From Monocercomonoides exilis PA203 (Eukaryota > Protista > Preaxostyla): DNA of 64,000 bases. Numbering within the stretch: the stretch's first letter is position 1; each line of letters starts with the position of its first letter. A model generated the notes under the pieces. That model had not been told where the DNA came from, did no database searches, and saw nothing but the letters and a program-made list of their open reading frames with translations. The translations under genes and the position numbers were made by a program. Positions 1-13,826 of this stretch are shown here, piece after piece. The stretch lies in contig LSRY02000072.1 in the NCBI GenBank assembly GCA_001643675.2, positions 62,001 to 126,000 on the forward strand, given 5' to 3'.

Positions 1-881
1 GATGAGCAGCAGAATGCTGTCAGCAGAAATGCTCTCGAAATAGAATCGGAACGAGTTGAACAGCAAGTCATCGTCAATCGCACCTTTCCTGGCAATGCAT
101 TCGAGAATGTAGAGAGACAGCGACAATGGTGAAGGGAGAGAAAGGGATGAGGGAATTGTCAATGAAGATGTGGAAGGAAGGAAAGATGGAATGTCTTTGG
201 GGAAGTTTGCAGATGGAAAAGAGGAGGAGGAAGAGGAGGTGCCAGTCGCAGCAGGTTTGCTAACAGACTGTTCGAATGGGATCGGAGAGAAGAGCATTGG
301 TGGTGGGGGAGAGTCAGGTTTGTGTTCAGTTGCATCAAGAGAAGACGTTGATGTCAAAGAGGAAGGGATTTTTAAACTTAAAGGCTGATGTGTTGTGTTC
401 GTATCAGCATAAGAAACATCAACATTTGGAGCGAGAGGAAAAGCACTTTCAGCTTTCATTTCAACTGACACACAGCTAAAGAATGGGAGGATGTTGAGAA
501 GCGAGGCCAAAGGGAATGAAAGCTGAGGAGAAGTCACAAGGGCAGGTAAGTTAGTGAATGAGAGATAATGAGATTTTGGTGAACGGGGCGAAACTGCACC
601 AGAAAGTGAAAGAGAAGTTGAAGTCGACAGAAAAGAGGGAGAAGATGGATGGATGATGTTTGCAGCAGGAGATGTGGAGGAAAAAGACATTGCAGAGGAA
701 GATGAAGATGAAGAGGTGGAGGAGGATGAAGATGATGAAACCAACGATGCACCAGCTGAGTGGTTGTTTTGTTGTATTTGTGGAGTTGTATAGAATGTGA
801 ATGTGCGAGAAAGTGTTCGCCTTGTGAGAATATGTTCCTGATAAGATGGAGAAGACGGAATAATTAAGCCAACTGATGATG

Positions 882-913
<32 letters not shown>

Positions 914-2793
914 ACATTTGCAGAGACAGGAATTAATGGGGTTGGCAGAGCAGCAGCCGATACTAACCTGAAAGCAGATGGAGCAATGGACAAAGCAGCA
1001 GATGAGGCAATTGAAGGAAAGGCAGCTGAGCATTGATTAGCGTGTTCTCTTTTTTCAAACTGTAGCTGTCTGGTTTGATAGGCAACATGTGCAGGGAAAG
1101 GGACTGAAGTGCTTCGAGGTCTGCTGATGCTGCCGAATGCGCGAGGTGTCAGAAAAGATGAAGGAGATGATGGAACAGGCGATGGAGGAGCAGGAGACGA
1201 AGGAGCAGGGGAAGTCGGAGTTGAAGAAGGAATTGACAACGGGCCTGAAACATAGCCAGCCCCAAAGGTAGACGAAGATGGAGTCAAGTTTGATATGAGA
1301 TTTGCGTTTGACAGGTGTGATGCAGAAGCCACTTCGGATATTCCAGGCGAGTTGGGCTCAGAATATTGACTGAGGCTGCTTTCAGAGGCAGTCAGCTTGC
1401 GAGCACATTCGTCGTTGCGTTGCTCGTCAAACGGAGCAGACAAAGAAGGTAGACAGAACTCAGATGCACTGGAAAAGCGATGCTGGCCAAACTCGACGCT
1501 GACTGGCGAGACGGGTTCGTTCCGTTTGGATGCATCTTCTCTCAGTGCGTTGCTCAAAGAAAAGCTAATTGCAGCGTTTGTGCCTCCTTCTTTCCTTTTC
1601 TCTTTCTCTTTCTCTTTCTCTTCTGAGTCTTTCTCTCGCATCTGCCCGAAGTTTCGCACTGAGTTCGCTGTGACTGCACCAAATGCGCTGTTTCTGTTGT
1701 CTGCAAAACGAGCATTTGAGGGTGGGTCATCCAAAATGAGTCCTATTCGCGGTGATGATAAGCTTTCAGTGATGAATTTGGAAGGAGTTGAGGTTGAGTT
1801 CTGAATGGGGCGGGGAGGAGAGAGGAAAGGAAGGAGCACAGAATGCGAGGTGTATGTGGGGTGTTTCAGGGAGGGGTTGTTGGTTGAGGAGGAGGAGGAG
1901 GATGAAGAAGGGATTTGAATGCTTGGAGATGGATGTTTGGGAAGTGGAGAAAGAGGCAGAGGAAGTGGAAGTGGAAGAGGAGGATGTGAATTATGTCCTT
2001 TCTTTTGTGCCTCAGAAAATGACACAGTCGTTGGCAATGCTGCTGTTGAGAGAGCAGAAGATGAAGAAGAAGATGTCGATGATGAAGATGATGAAGATGA
2101 AGAAGATGAAGAAAAAGTGGAGGACGAAGATGAAATCACTGGGAGTGGAGAGATGCTAATCAGCGGTTTCAGAGGAAACAGCAAATCGTCTATGTTTTTT
2201 GGCAGCCCGCACATTTTCTTGACCAAATTGATGAGCACGTCAACCACGTCCATCTCGCAAAGCGCTTCAGTCTGTGCAATTGTTGCCTCTTTGACGATGG
2301 CGTAGAGGAGGTAGAGGGCAGATACACTCACTTGGATGTCGAGGGAGTGGGAGAAAGAGAGGAGCTGCTTGATCAGACGGGTGGGAAGGAGATGGTGGGG
2401 TGGGGCGAGCAGAGTGAAGGGGGAAGAAGAGGAGGAGGAAGAGGAAGAGGAAGAGGAAGAAGATGTAAAAGAAGATGATGATGATGAAATAATTGGAAGA
2501 TTATTAGCAGGAGAAGAAGAAGAAAACTGATGAGGTGAAATGTCTTTGTTGGATGGAGAATTAGATGAAGAGCATGAAGGTTGTTGGGGTGTTGGCTGGC
2601 TATAAACAGGAAAAGCTGCATAATTGCTGTTTATGCCATTGGTGTTGGTGTTTATGTTATGAATGAGGGTGTTATTGGTGATGGTGTTACTGGTGATTGC
2701 GTTGGTGTTACTGGAGGTGATAGAAGGTGAGTTGTTTGAAGAAGAAGGTTGAAATGAAGAAGAAGAAGAAGAAGAAGAAGAAGATGCTAATGC

Positions 2794-2848
<55 letters not shown>

Positions 2849-4795
2849 GTTGTTGAAGAAGGAAGAGGAAGATCAAGGCGAAGAGAAGAAGACGAAGAAG
2901 AACATATTCCTTCTTCTCCTTCTCTTTGTGGAGAACACGAAGAAGGCGGAAGCAAAGTGTTTGGATGAAGAGGAAGATCAACGTCTTCGTCGCTGATGGG
3001 ACGGTGTCTGCCGGCAAAAGAAGGGAAATGAAGAGTAGATGGAGCTAGTTGTACCATCAGCTCGAAGGAAGGGGTGGAAGAAGGAGAAGAAGAGGAAGAA
3101 GAGGAAGAAGAGGAAAATGAAGAAGAAGAAGAAAGATTTGGCGTGTGTTTTGTTGGTGTGTATGTTTGAGAAAGAGATTGAGGTGTGTTTTGGTTTAAAG
3201 AAGAAGCAAAAGGAGGAGGAGGGGGAGGAGAAGAAGAAGAAGAAGAACAAACAGAAGAAGTGGAAGCAGCAGAAGACATAGCAAGTGAAGAAGAAGAAGA
3301 AGAAGACGATGATGATGAAGAATATGGTTGATTGGGTTGTTTGGAAGGGAAAGAAGCAATTGAAGACTGATTCAACTGATTCAATTGACTTGGCAGATTA
3401 TCCTTGTTTAACTGATAAAATTGTTTGTTTTGATAATTCTGCAATTGAAAAGCGTTTGGGTTAGTGAAATTTCTGAAGGAAGGCGAAACCGAAGGAGAGA
3501 TGGAGTGTTGGTGTGTGCGGAAGGGAAGAGGAGAATGAGAGAAAGAATGGGAACGAGACTGAGAGGGGAATCGGTTGAGATAGGAAGAGGAATAAGGAGA
3601 AGAGGAAGAAGAAGAAGAAGAAGAAGAAGAAGGATGATAAAAGCGAGAAATATTCAAGTTGTTTGTTTGAATTGATTGTGCTAATTGAAATTTTTGTTTA
3701 TTCTTCTGCAGTTTCATTGAATTTTCATTGATTTCTTTCTTTTTCTGTTTATTTTTCTGTTTGTTTGCCTTTTTATTCGCTTCTTCCATTGGTTGTGTGT
3801 CAACAGGCAGAGCAAATGGGAAAAGAATGTTCAAATTCGAAGAATATTTTGGATGCGGAATGGAAATGTGTTTGGCTTCTTCTTCTTCTTCTTCTTCTTC
3901 TTCATTTTCTTCTTCTTCTCTTTCTTTTTCTTCCTCCTTTTCTTTTTCTTTGAGGAAGAAATGAGCTGCTTTGGTGTTTCTGTCTCCAGTGAAGGAGGAG
4001 AATGGTTGATATGAAGAAGAAGAAGAAGAAGAAATGGAAGAAGGAGAAAGAGAAGAAGAAGAAGAAGCATAAGCAGAAGAAGAAGAAGAAGGAGAAGGAG
4101 AAAGAGATGAAGAAGAAAAAGGAGCATATGATTGGTTATTCGCATTATTACCATTACTATTATTATTATTATTATTTGTATTGATTCTGTTAGAGAAGAA
4201 AGACCTTGTGAAGGAAGGCTGATTTGGAGGAGGGGCAATGACAGGAGCAAGAACAGCAGCTGATTTAGAGCCAATCAGACGAGAATGAGAAAGAGGAAGA
4301 GAAGAAGAAGAGGAAGAGGAAGAAGAGGAGGAAGAAGAGGAGGAGGAAGAAGAGAAGGAAGAAGAAGAAGAGGAAGGGGAAGGGGATGGAGATGAATGGA
4401 GAGGGAGAAGAAGAGAAGAAGAAAGTGAAGAAGATATTGAAGAAGAAGAAGAAGATGATGATGATGATGATGATGATGAAGAAGAAGAAGAAGAAGAAGA
4501 AGAAGAAGAAGAAGAAGAAACAGGATTTGAATTAGGATTAGGAGAAGAAGAAGCAAAGTTATTCTGATAGGAATGAGAAGACAAATGGAGAAGAGAAGAA
4601 GGAGGGGGAGGGGAAGGGGAAGGTGAAATCGCTCCAACAGAAAGGCGAGGAAGAGTTAATTTGGATGATTTGCGGGGAGAAAGAGAAAGAGAAGGAGAAG
4701 GAGAAAAAGAAGGAGAAGAAGAAGAGGAAGAAGATGATGATGATGAATTAATTTGTGAAGAAGGCATTTGATATTCATCAGAACAAAAGTTGGAT

Positions 4796-4827
<32 letters not shown>

Positions 4828-5175
4828 AGAGAAAGAAGAAGGAAGAGGAAGGGAAAGGGGAAGAGGAAGGGGAAGGGGAGAAGAAACGCGAGAAGAAGCA
4901 GGAGAAATGGAAGATAAAGGAGACAAAATGGGAGAAGGGGGGCAAAAGGGAGGAGGTTCGCCTAAAAACCAAAGAGAAGGCGGAGGAAACGTTTTTGTGT
5001 TGATTGGAGAAGAAGAAGAAGAAGAGAAAGAAGAAGAAGAAGAAGAAGAAGAGAAAGAAGAAGAAATAGGAGTGATTGAAGAAGGAGAAGGAACGGAAGA
5101 AGAAGAAGCAGAAGAAGAAACACAAAAATTAGCAGAAAAAACAGAAGAAGAAGGAGTGGCGAAGAAAGAGGAAGG

Positions 5176-5208
<33 letters not shown>

Positions 5209-6707
5209 AGAAGAAGAAGAAGAAGAAATTGGAGAAGGAGAAGGGGAAGAGGAGGAGGAAGAAGAAGGGGAAGGAGAAGAAGAAGAAAGAAAAGAAATGG
5301 AAGAAGAAGAAGAAGAATTAGTAGAAGTAAAAAGAGGAAGGTTTTTGTTTGAAGGAGAAGAAGAGAGAAGAGAAAGAGAAGGGCCAACTTCAGATGAGTG
5401 TATGGGGATGGAAAGAGAGATGGGGGAAGAAGGGGAAGAAGAAGAAGAAGAAAGAGAAGAAGAAGAGAAGAAGGAAGAAGAAGGAGAAAGAGAAGGAGAA
5501 TTTAATGTTTGTTCTTCTTTTTCTCTTTCTCTTTCTCTTTCTCTTTCTCTTTCTCTTTCTCTTTCTCTTTCTCTTTCTCCTTTGTTATCGAAATCAGCAT
5601 CATAGAAAGGGATTTCTTTCATTTCTTCTCTTTCTCTTTCTTCTTCTTCTTCTTCTCTTTCTCCTTCTTCATTAATGTTGTTGGGGAAATTCGCTTGCTT
5701 ATCATTTTCTTTGTTGTTTGTGTCTGAACATTCACTGCTCAATTGAGAGATGGTTGGGATGATGGCAGATGTGGTCACTGATATCTGAGGAGAAGAGGAA
5801 GAAGAGGAAGAAGAAGATGATGATGATGATGAAGATGAAGAAGAAGGAAGAGAAAGAGGAAAAGGAGGAGGAGAAACAGGAGAATGAGAAGGAGAAGAAG
5901 AAGGAAAAGAAGAAGAAATACAGCAATTATTGTTATGATTATTAGCATTGTTATTATTATTGAACTTGCTCACGTTCTTCTTCGAACTTCGTTTTTTCTG
6001 ATTGAAAGAAAGAATCGTGGGCAAAACCTGCACAGAATGTGAAGAAAGCAAAAGATGGTGTTTTGTTTGCGAATAAAAAGAAGGCCGAAAAAGATGGGAA
6101 TGAACGGGCGATGGAGAAAAGAGGTGGAAGGCTCCTGAAGAGGAGGAGGAGGAAGAAGAGGAAGACGAAGAAGAAGAAGAAGATGAAGAAGAAGAAGGTG
6201 ACGCAATCGAATTGTTTGTGTGTGCTATGCGAAGAGGAGGAAGTTTGGAAATTGAAGTTAACACGTTTTTATTTCCATACCTTCTTTCTCTTTCTCTTTC
6301 TCTCTCTTTCTCCTTCTCTTTCTCCTTCTCTTTCTCTTTCTCCTTTTCTTCTTCTCTTCTTCTCTTCTTCTTCTTCTTCTCCTGTCTAATTTCCTTCCGC
6401 CTCCTCCTCTCCATCGCCTTCTCCAACCTCCACCTCCTCCACAGCTCTTTCTCTTCCTCCACAAACTCCTCGACTTCTGCCAAATAACACAGAAAATTCG
6501 ATGTCTTCTTCTTTTTCCCGCTTTCTTCGCTTTCTTCGCTTTCTTCGCTTTCTTCGTGGAGATTGCCGCTTCTTCTTCTTCTTCTCTTCTGAAGCACGCC
6601 AAATTCAGCTAAAGAAGAGGTCTGTTGAAGAGAATGGGGGTGGAGCGAAGGAGGGAAGGGAGAAAGAGAAGAAGAAGGAAAAGAAGAGGAAGAGGAAGAG
6701 GAAGAAG

Positions 6708-6738
<31 letters not shown>

Positions 6739-8006
6739 TGGAGACAAAGAAAATGTTTGGTTGAATTGTGGAGTGTTTTGAGGAGGAACATGAGAAGAAG
6801 AAGGATTCAATGAAGAAGAAGAAGAAAGACATTTTGTTTCACTTGAAGCAGAAAATGATGAAGAAGAAGAAGAAGATGAAGATGAAGAAGGAAAAGATGA
6901 AGAAGGAGAAAGCGGAGAAGGAGAAAGAGAAGAAGAAGAAGAGGGGTTAGAAGAAGAAGAAGAAGGATTATTTTGATTATTATTATTATTATTATTATTT
7001 GAAGAAGAAGAAGAAGAAGAAGAACCCAAAGAAGCATTAAAAGGCAGAGAAGAAGAAGGAGAAGCGAAAATTGAAGGCGAATTTGGCGGAGAAAGCTCAG
7101 AAAGACAAGAAGAAGAGGTGTAAGAAATGAGATGCACATCGGGCGACTCTTCAGTTTGAGAGGAATGGCGAGAAGAAAGGCGAGAGAGATGAGGAGAAAG
7201 ATGGAGGGAAGAGGGAGAAGAGGGAAAAGAGGTAGAGGAAGAGGAAGAGGAAGATGAATTAACCATTTCTTTCTGTTTATCTTGTTTTTCCCGTCTTTCC
7301 AGTGAAATTGTCTGAGTTTCGATGTTTTGTGGGTTCTCTTTGTTCTCTTTGTTCTCTTTGTATTGTGCTGAATTATTTGGCAGTTGAGACTTGAAATCGA
7401 GCCATTTCAGATAGAATTGCAGAAATGGATGCAAAAGATAAGCAAATTTCGCATCGTTCAGCTCTTCTTCTGTGAAATGAGAGAGTATTTCCTGTTTGGT
7501 TGTTTGGGGGATTCTTGAAGAAGATGTTGAAGATGCTGAGGAGGCTGAGGGGGCTGAAGAAGAAGAGGAAGAAGAGGAAGAAGAGGAAGAAGAAGGATTT
7601 GATGAAGGGGGATTTGAAAAAGAAATTCCATTGTTGTTATTATTACTCTTTCCTTCTCTTTCACCGTTAGCCGATAAAACCGCCCTCCCCACATTTTTAT
7701 TTTTGACATGTTTCATGTCAAATTTCACATCTTCATTCAAATCTGCCTCTGCAAATGGCGAAAGCACCGCCAACAACGCGGGAGAAAGAAAAATCGGGTG
7801 ATTTTTTGGGAGAAGCGATGAAGCAGCGACGAAAGCAGACAAAACCAAGCAGACTGAGCAAATGTGGGAGATGGAAGGCGAATGGGCGAGTAAAGAGAAG
7901 AGCGAAGGGACGAAGGCGAAATGCGGGTGGAACAAAGAGCAGAGGAGGGTGAGAGAGGCACAGGGGTCGATGAAAGGGGAAGAGGAAAAGGAGGAAGGGG
8001 AAAGGA

Positions 8007-8037
<31 letters not shown>

Positions 8038-11000
8038 AGAGGAAGAAGAAGAATGAGAATAGGAAGGGCCGAATAGCATTTCAGAAGGAGAGACGCGAGA
8101 AAAAGGGGGGAGGACAGAAGAAGAGGAAGAAGAAGAGGAAGGGAAGAATTGAGAAGGAGAAGGGGCGAAGGATGTGGGGAAAGAGGCGAAGGAAGAGGAA
8201 GAAGAGAAAGAGGACGAGAAAGAAGGGAAAGAAGAAGAGGAAGAGAAAGGAAGAAAAGGTGAAAAATCTTTTGTTCTGAACGTTGAAGAACGCCAAAAAC
8301 TAGAGCGATACGAGGAAGAGTGAGAAAGAGAAGAAGAATGAGATATGCGGAGGAGGAGCAGGAGGAGGCGTAGAAGGGTGTGAAGATGGGAAATGATGGC
8401 TGGAGTGGAGAGGGAGGTGGAGGAGACGAAGAGATTGCCACTGAAAACTCTGTTTGGGGAAAAAAAATGGAGTGGAGAAGAAGAAGAAGAAGAAGGAAAA
8501 AAAAAAGAGAGAGAGAGAGAGAGGAAGGGAAAAGTGGAGAAAGAAATTTATATGGAAAATAAGGGGGAAAAACAAATAAATAAATAAATAAATAATAAAG
8601 AGTAAGAAGAAATAAACAGAAAAGAAAAAAAAGATGAAAGAAAAAAATAAAAATAAAAATTTAATAAAAAATTAAAGTAAATTAATTCGATTTGATTTAG
8701 TAACACACTGCAATCTGAATGAAAGGGCAGGAAGGAGAATAAAAGAGCGCATGAGGATGCGAATGGAGCAGAAGAACAAGGAATTCATCACACGGCATAT
8801 CATTGTGGGCTGATGGGGGTGGAAGAGATGGAAGGGGAAAAAAGAAGAGGAGGAGGAAGAAGAGGAAGAGGAAGAGGAGAATGAAGAAGAAGAAGAGGAG
8901 GAGGAGGAGGAAGAAGAAGATGATGATGATGATGATGTTGCTGTTGCTGTTGTTGAATGAAGTGGTTGATGATTGGAATGTTTTCGTTTCTTTTGTTGTT
9001 TTGCCTTCTTTGAATTTCCTTCTTTTGACTCAGGTGAATTGGGAGATGTCGAATGAAAAGAAGGAGGAGAAGAAGAAGAAGGCGAATGTGATGATAGAAG
9101 AACGGTGGGTGATTGCTCAGATGATATTGAAGATGAAGAGGAAGAGGAGGAGGAGGAAGATGATGATGATGTGGAAGACGATGGAGGAGGCCGTGGTGAT
9201 GCTGATGTTGATGTTGATGTTGATGATGTGGAAGAAGAGGTTGAAGAAGATGTTGAAGAAGAGGTTGAAGAAGTTGTCGTTGTAGATGAAGAAGAAGAAG
9301 AAGAAGAAACAGCTGAAGCCATCGAAGAAGACGACGATGAATTGTCAGCAGCAGAAGAAATGGCAGAGGCAGAAGAGAAAGCGGAAAGCGGAAGAGAAGC
9401 AAGTATTTCCGCCAGTCCAGAGGAATGCGACGAAGAAAACTGCATCGAAGGGGAAGAAGGCGAGAGCGGGGGTTGATTGGAGGCGAAGGAGGAGGGAGGG
9501 TTGGCAGAGAAAGAAGAGCGAGAAGAAGAAGAAGAAATGGCGTTGTCTCCATTTGCCTCAGAAGAGCAGTTCTGTTTGGACGTTGTTGTTCTGGTTGTTT
9601 CACTGTCGTCGCTGTCGAAAGGGGAAAGAGAAGGAGGGAAGAGGTTGGTGGATTGGGAGAGGGGGGGAGAAGAAGGAAGAGGAAGAGAAGGCAAATGGCT
9701 TGAAGAAGAAGAAGATTTACTGTCAATGTTACAAGAAGGAGAACTAACAATAGGAGGTTGTTGTGATTGTGATTGAGATTGGAGTGGCTGAGGCTTTTTC
9801 TGTTTGAATAAAATGTCTTTCTCTTTTGATGATGTGTTCGCTTCTTTCGTCACTTCTTCTTCTGCTGCCGCTTTCGCATTTTCTGTATATGTCTGAATTT
9901 CTTTTCCTTTCTTTTCTCTTTCTTTCTCTTTCTCTTTCTCTTTCTCTTCTTCCTTTTCCTTTTCCTTTTCCTTTTCCTTTTTCTCTTCTTCTCCTTTTCC
10001 TTCTTCTTCTTCTTCTTCTGTCTTCTCTTCCTCACTCTCACTTTCGCTCTTCTCTTCCTCCCACAATGCATCTTCCAAAAGATCTTCCTCCAAAAACAGC
10101 TCCATTGCCTTCTTCACTCTCTTCATGTCGCTCCTCTCCTCCTCTTCTTCCTCTCCTCCTCCACTTCCATTCGAATTTGCTGAAGCATTCATTGAATTTG
10201 CATTTAGCGCTTTTGTTCCTTCTTCTTCATTTCCTTCTCCTTTCCTCTCTCTCTTTTTCGGATCTGCCCTTCTGATCTCCTTCCCTCTCTTCAAGTCTTC
10301 CTCGTCTTGTCTTCGCTGCTTCCTCCTCTCTGCCTCTCGAAACATGAGAGATTTTTCTCTCTCTTCTTCATCTGCGATCGCATCCATAAGCTCTTTCTCA
10401 AATTCGGGATCCTCTTGCCCTTTCAAATGGCTGCCTTTTTGCTCTTCGTATCGCACCCAGTCGTCCATGTCAACTAGAAGATCAGCTTGATCGATCCATT
10501 TTACTGACAAAAAAGTTCTGGTGGAATTGAAAAAAAAGTTAATATTTAATGTATTGCCATATTAATATGCAAGTTTTCAAAAATTGTAAATAAAGAAAAT
10601 TGCAAGGTTGCAAACTGTATTGCTTCGCAAACGCATTTTCGAACAGTGGCATTTTTGTGCTGTTAACAAATGACAAAACGTTTCAATTCCAGTTAACAAT
10701 AAATAATGAAAAAAATAATAACTATCATACATTTAATAGTCGAAGGAATAATCGAAATACGTCCACGTGACGAGCTTCAATATCTCTGGGAAGATATCCT
10801 GTTTCAAGAAATGCTAGAATGCAAAATGCTTTTGTCTATTTCAAGAAAAGAAGGTTATAATGAAAATATAAATAAAAGCAAAACTCGTATTTGCTGAGAA
10901 AATGCTCGAGAAAGCAAATTTAGCAAGAATTGAAATGCTCCAGTTTCAAGAAAAGGAGATATCGATAAAAGTTGATCTTTATTTAAAAATTTAAATTGTT

Positions 11001-11130
11001 ATTCTTGTATAACATTACAGAAAAATTACAAACTATGGTGACAAATTCGTAAGAGTTTGTCCAATAACGAATTAAGTAGATCCTCGGAATATGAAAACTT
11101 GGTGCTAATTGGCGTTAATATATCAAATTT
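1..11130 (-). CDS. Very large multi-exon Ser/Glu-rich low-complexity protein with interspersed ARM/HEAT-like helical segments; 3' end lies outside the window, 5' start uncertain (about 11.1-11.4 kb)
   Basis: One minus frame (codons at plus positions 3k+1) has no ORF-track entry over 1-8449, and every spot I translated is open, e.g. SPLSLSLYILECIARKGAIDDDLLFNSFRFYFESIS near 1-130 and LIKQLLSFSHSLDIQVSVSALYLLYAIVKEATIAQTEALCEMDVVDVLINLVKK at 2220-2390. Intron 8450-8708 (GTGTGT...AACAG) joins it in phase to ORF 8672-10510. Small GT-AG-bounded upstream exons lie near 10760-10800 (DIFPEILKLVTWT), 10885-10975 (DQLLSISPFLETGAFQFLLNLLSRAF) and 11035-11130. Confidence 0.75.
2793..2846 (+). repeat. (GAT)n microsatellite encoding poly-Ser (TCA) on the minus strand
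   Basis: Directly visible; one of many triplet and hexamer tracts in 1-10300. Confidence 0.9.
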
Positions 11131-11717
11131 CTATTAATCATTTATATTTTTCCAGTTCAATCAAAATCAAAGCATAAATATAAAAGCATATACATTTGTG
11201 TCAATCTCCCTGAAATTGGTTGTTTTAGAACAGCAATTCCCCATTAAAACATGTTTTTATTAAAATTGATAGAAATTATTTCTTATGCCTTATCTGATCA
11301 GAATGAGAATTCATTCAGAAAAGAAACATATTATTGAAAAAGTCAAACTGTTTTTCATGAAAATGTTTGTATCTTTTTTATTTCTTCTCATAAAGTTTTA
11401 ATATTTTTTACCATTGTTTCAAGAACTTTTAATCAAGAAAAAAATACTTTGGTTCGATTCAAATGATAAAAAAATCGACAATAATATGTGGAAAAATGTG
11501 AAAAGAATAAGTTTATTGCAAAGTGGCAAAAAGTTGAAAAACCTTGATATTTTTTTATATTTCCAATAATTTTGAAAAAAAGTTGGAGTGAATCAAAAAT
11601 AACCTTTTGATAAATGTAAATATTGGAAAAATACAAATTAACTTGTTTCATTGCATTTTAATCTTTTATTATTGTTATTTTTTTATCAAAAAACATAATT
11701 GTTCTTGTAATAGCAGG

Positions 11718-13656
11718 CTAGTCCTTTTCATCCCATCTTAAGCATTTTGTGAGAAGATAAAACAGAATCGCAAGCAAATTGCAGACGGCAAGCAAAATAA
11801 TAAATGTGTTGGCTGAGCCATCAATAACCCCTCCAGGCAGCCATATGTTCATTCTACGACAAAGAAAAAAGCAATGAATAAAAAAAAATCATAAAATAAA
11901 TTATAAATTCGTTTAATATATGCAAAATTGAAATAAAACAAAGAAAAAAAATTAGATATTAATGCCTTGAAACAAAAATACAAATAGAAAAACATTCATT
12001 TGAATGCAAATAACAATTCACCGCATATCCAAAAGCACACCCCCAGCACGACGGGATCATCTGCGCCATCATCATCACACACGTTACAATCGACAAATCT
12101 TTTGCGAGCACGGACAGATGATTGGAATATCTTGAGAGAGACACAGAAAGAGAAGCCAAATGGTTTGTGTGCAAGTCAAGCAGAGTGGAGTGGTAGTGCG
12201 ACGTTGTGTGGAGGAGGAAGAGAGAAAGATCGCCGACGGAACGGAAAAATGGAAAGAGGAACGGAGAAATAAAATGTTTTGTTTGGGCTTTTTTGGAAGA
12301 GAAGGAGTGGATTGTGCTGTCTGAAAAACGGAAAAGAGAGAGAAAGAGAGAGAGAAATTGTACGCATTAATAAAAGTGTATTAAAAAATATTGAAAAAGA
12401 ATAAAGATAATTCGAAATTAAGAAAAAGATTGAAATCAAAGGGAAAAAACTGTGTTTGATGGCAATCACAAATACAGACAAACATATGAAAGCCAATTTC
12501 TATCTTATTCACTTTTATTTCAACAAAATCTACTAATTTTATTTTTTATATTTTTCTATAATTTCACCGCAATCTCTTCCTCCTTCACCAAATTCTATGA
12601 CACACTTGATCTTGGGGTGATTGCTGATATAATTTCTGGAAGAGGCGCCAAACATCTTCTGATTGCATTCACTTTGCGCCTGTCTGCCTCAAATCGCAGA
12701 AGCAGCTCGTCTTGTTCACCAACTCCTTGTAGCGACTGGCTGAGCGAACGGAGGGCAGATAACTGAAATGTCAAAATAATTAGAGTTTTGAGGAATGTGA
12801 TTAAAATGGGAAGATGTTTGATGATAAATTGATGAAAATTTTATTGCGAAAAAAAAGAAAAGAAAGGTTAGGCAAATTTGAATATAAAAGTGTACAGAAG
12901 GAAGACAGGAGAAAAGATTTTTTTAAATTTTCCTCCAAAAAATATGTTGACAATAATTCATACTTCAGTTTCAAATTGTTCAACAAGTGGTTTGAATTGG
13001 ATAACTAATGTATTCAGTAAAGAATAAAGTACATACGCAGGAGATATCATTTTGCTTCTTCGTAAAAATAAATTGGTCGTGTTAGAAGAAGAAGCATTTT
13101 CTCTTTTTAAAGGTGGTTTTGTCTGATGATTCCTTTTGATTGGAGGAAATCGTGGAAGAGAATTATCAAAGACCTTAATATCCTAAAAAATGTGAAATTT
13201 TCCGATAAAATTATAAAAAGTTCGATTATGAATGTATTACTTTTTTCAATGTTCAAAATATCAAACATCTCTATATGTTTCATTTATATCAATCCAAGCT
13301 TGTTCGATAACTGCAGCAAATTGACGGTGAAATGTCACCAAAACTGTCTCTCCAAGTACGAATGATATTGGAATTTCATCTCCATTCTCATTTTTAGAAT
13401 AGCAAATTAGAAAAAGGTATGTATCAAATAGCTCCCACTTTGCGCTTGAATCTTGATTAATAATATCATCAACTGTCAGGGGATGTAAATTGAAAATATA
13501 AGCTAATTTTTTCATCTCTTCACGAGAGGGTTCTCCTTGTAAGTCAATCCATAAAGGTTTTTCTTTTGAAGGACAAGTACATTTCATGTATGAAACAAAA
13601 TCTGTAAAAGAATTAAAGTCAAGAATGTTTTCATCTGAGCATATTGAAATAAGCAT
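11718..13656 (-). CDS. CorA/Mrs2/Alr1-family Mg2+ transporter (multi-exon)
   Basis: N-terminal LWIDLQGEPSREEMKKLAYIFNLHPLTVDDII...AKWELFDTYLF is typical of CorA. The signature WG-M-N is rebuilt across intron 11854-12040 (TGG GG|gtgtgc...tag|A ATG AAC). Two hydrophobic helices flank the motif; TAG stop at 11718-11720. Confidence 0.9.
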
Positions 13657-13826
13657 TTATATCATGATTTTATTTTCTGACCCAATAAAGCAACAATAAC
13701 TATTTTTTGAGATTAAATGAAACGAAATATGGTATTATCAATTGATCTTATAGTTAAGATAAAAGGTGATTAATTTTATATTTACAAACTTTGAGACAAG
13801 TTATATTTCATTTTTTGAATAGACAT

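Noticed and set aside
170-10490. Dozens of poly-K, poly-E, poly-L and poly-F ORFs in the track (also around 32-37 kb and 41-49 kb)
   Set aside because: These are shadow frames of triplet repeats overlapping the real genes.
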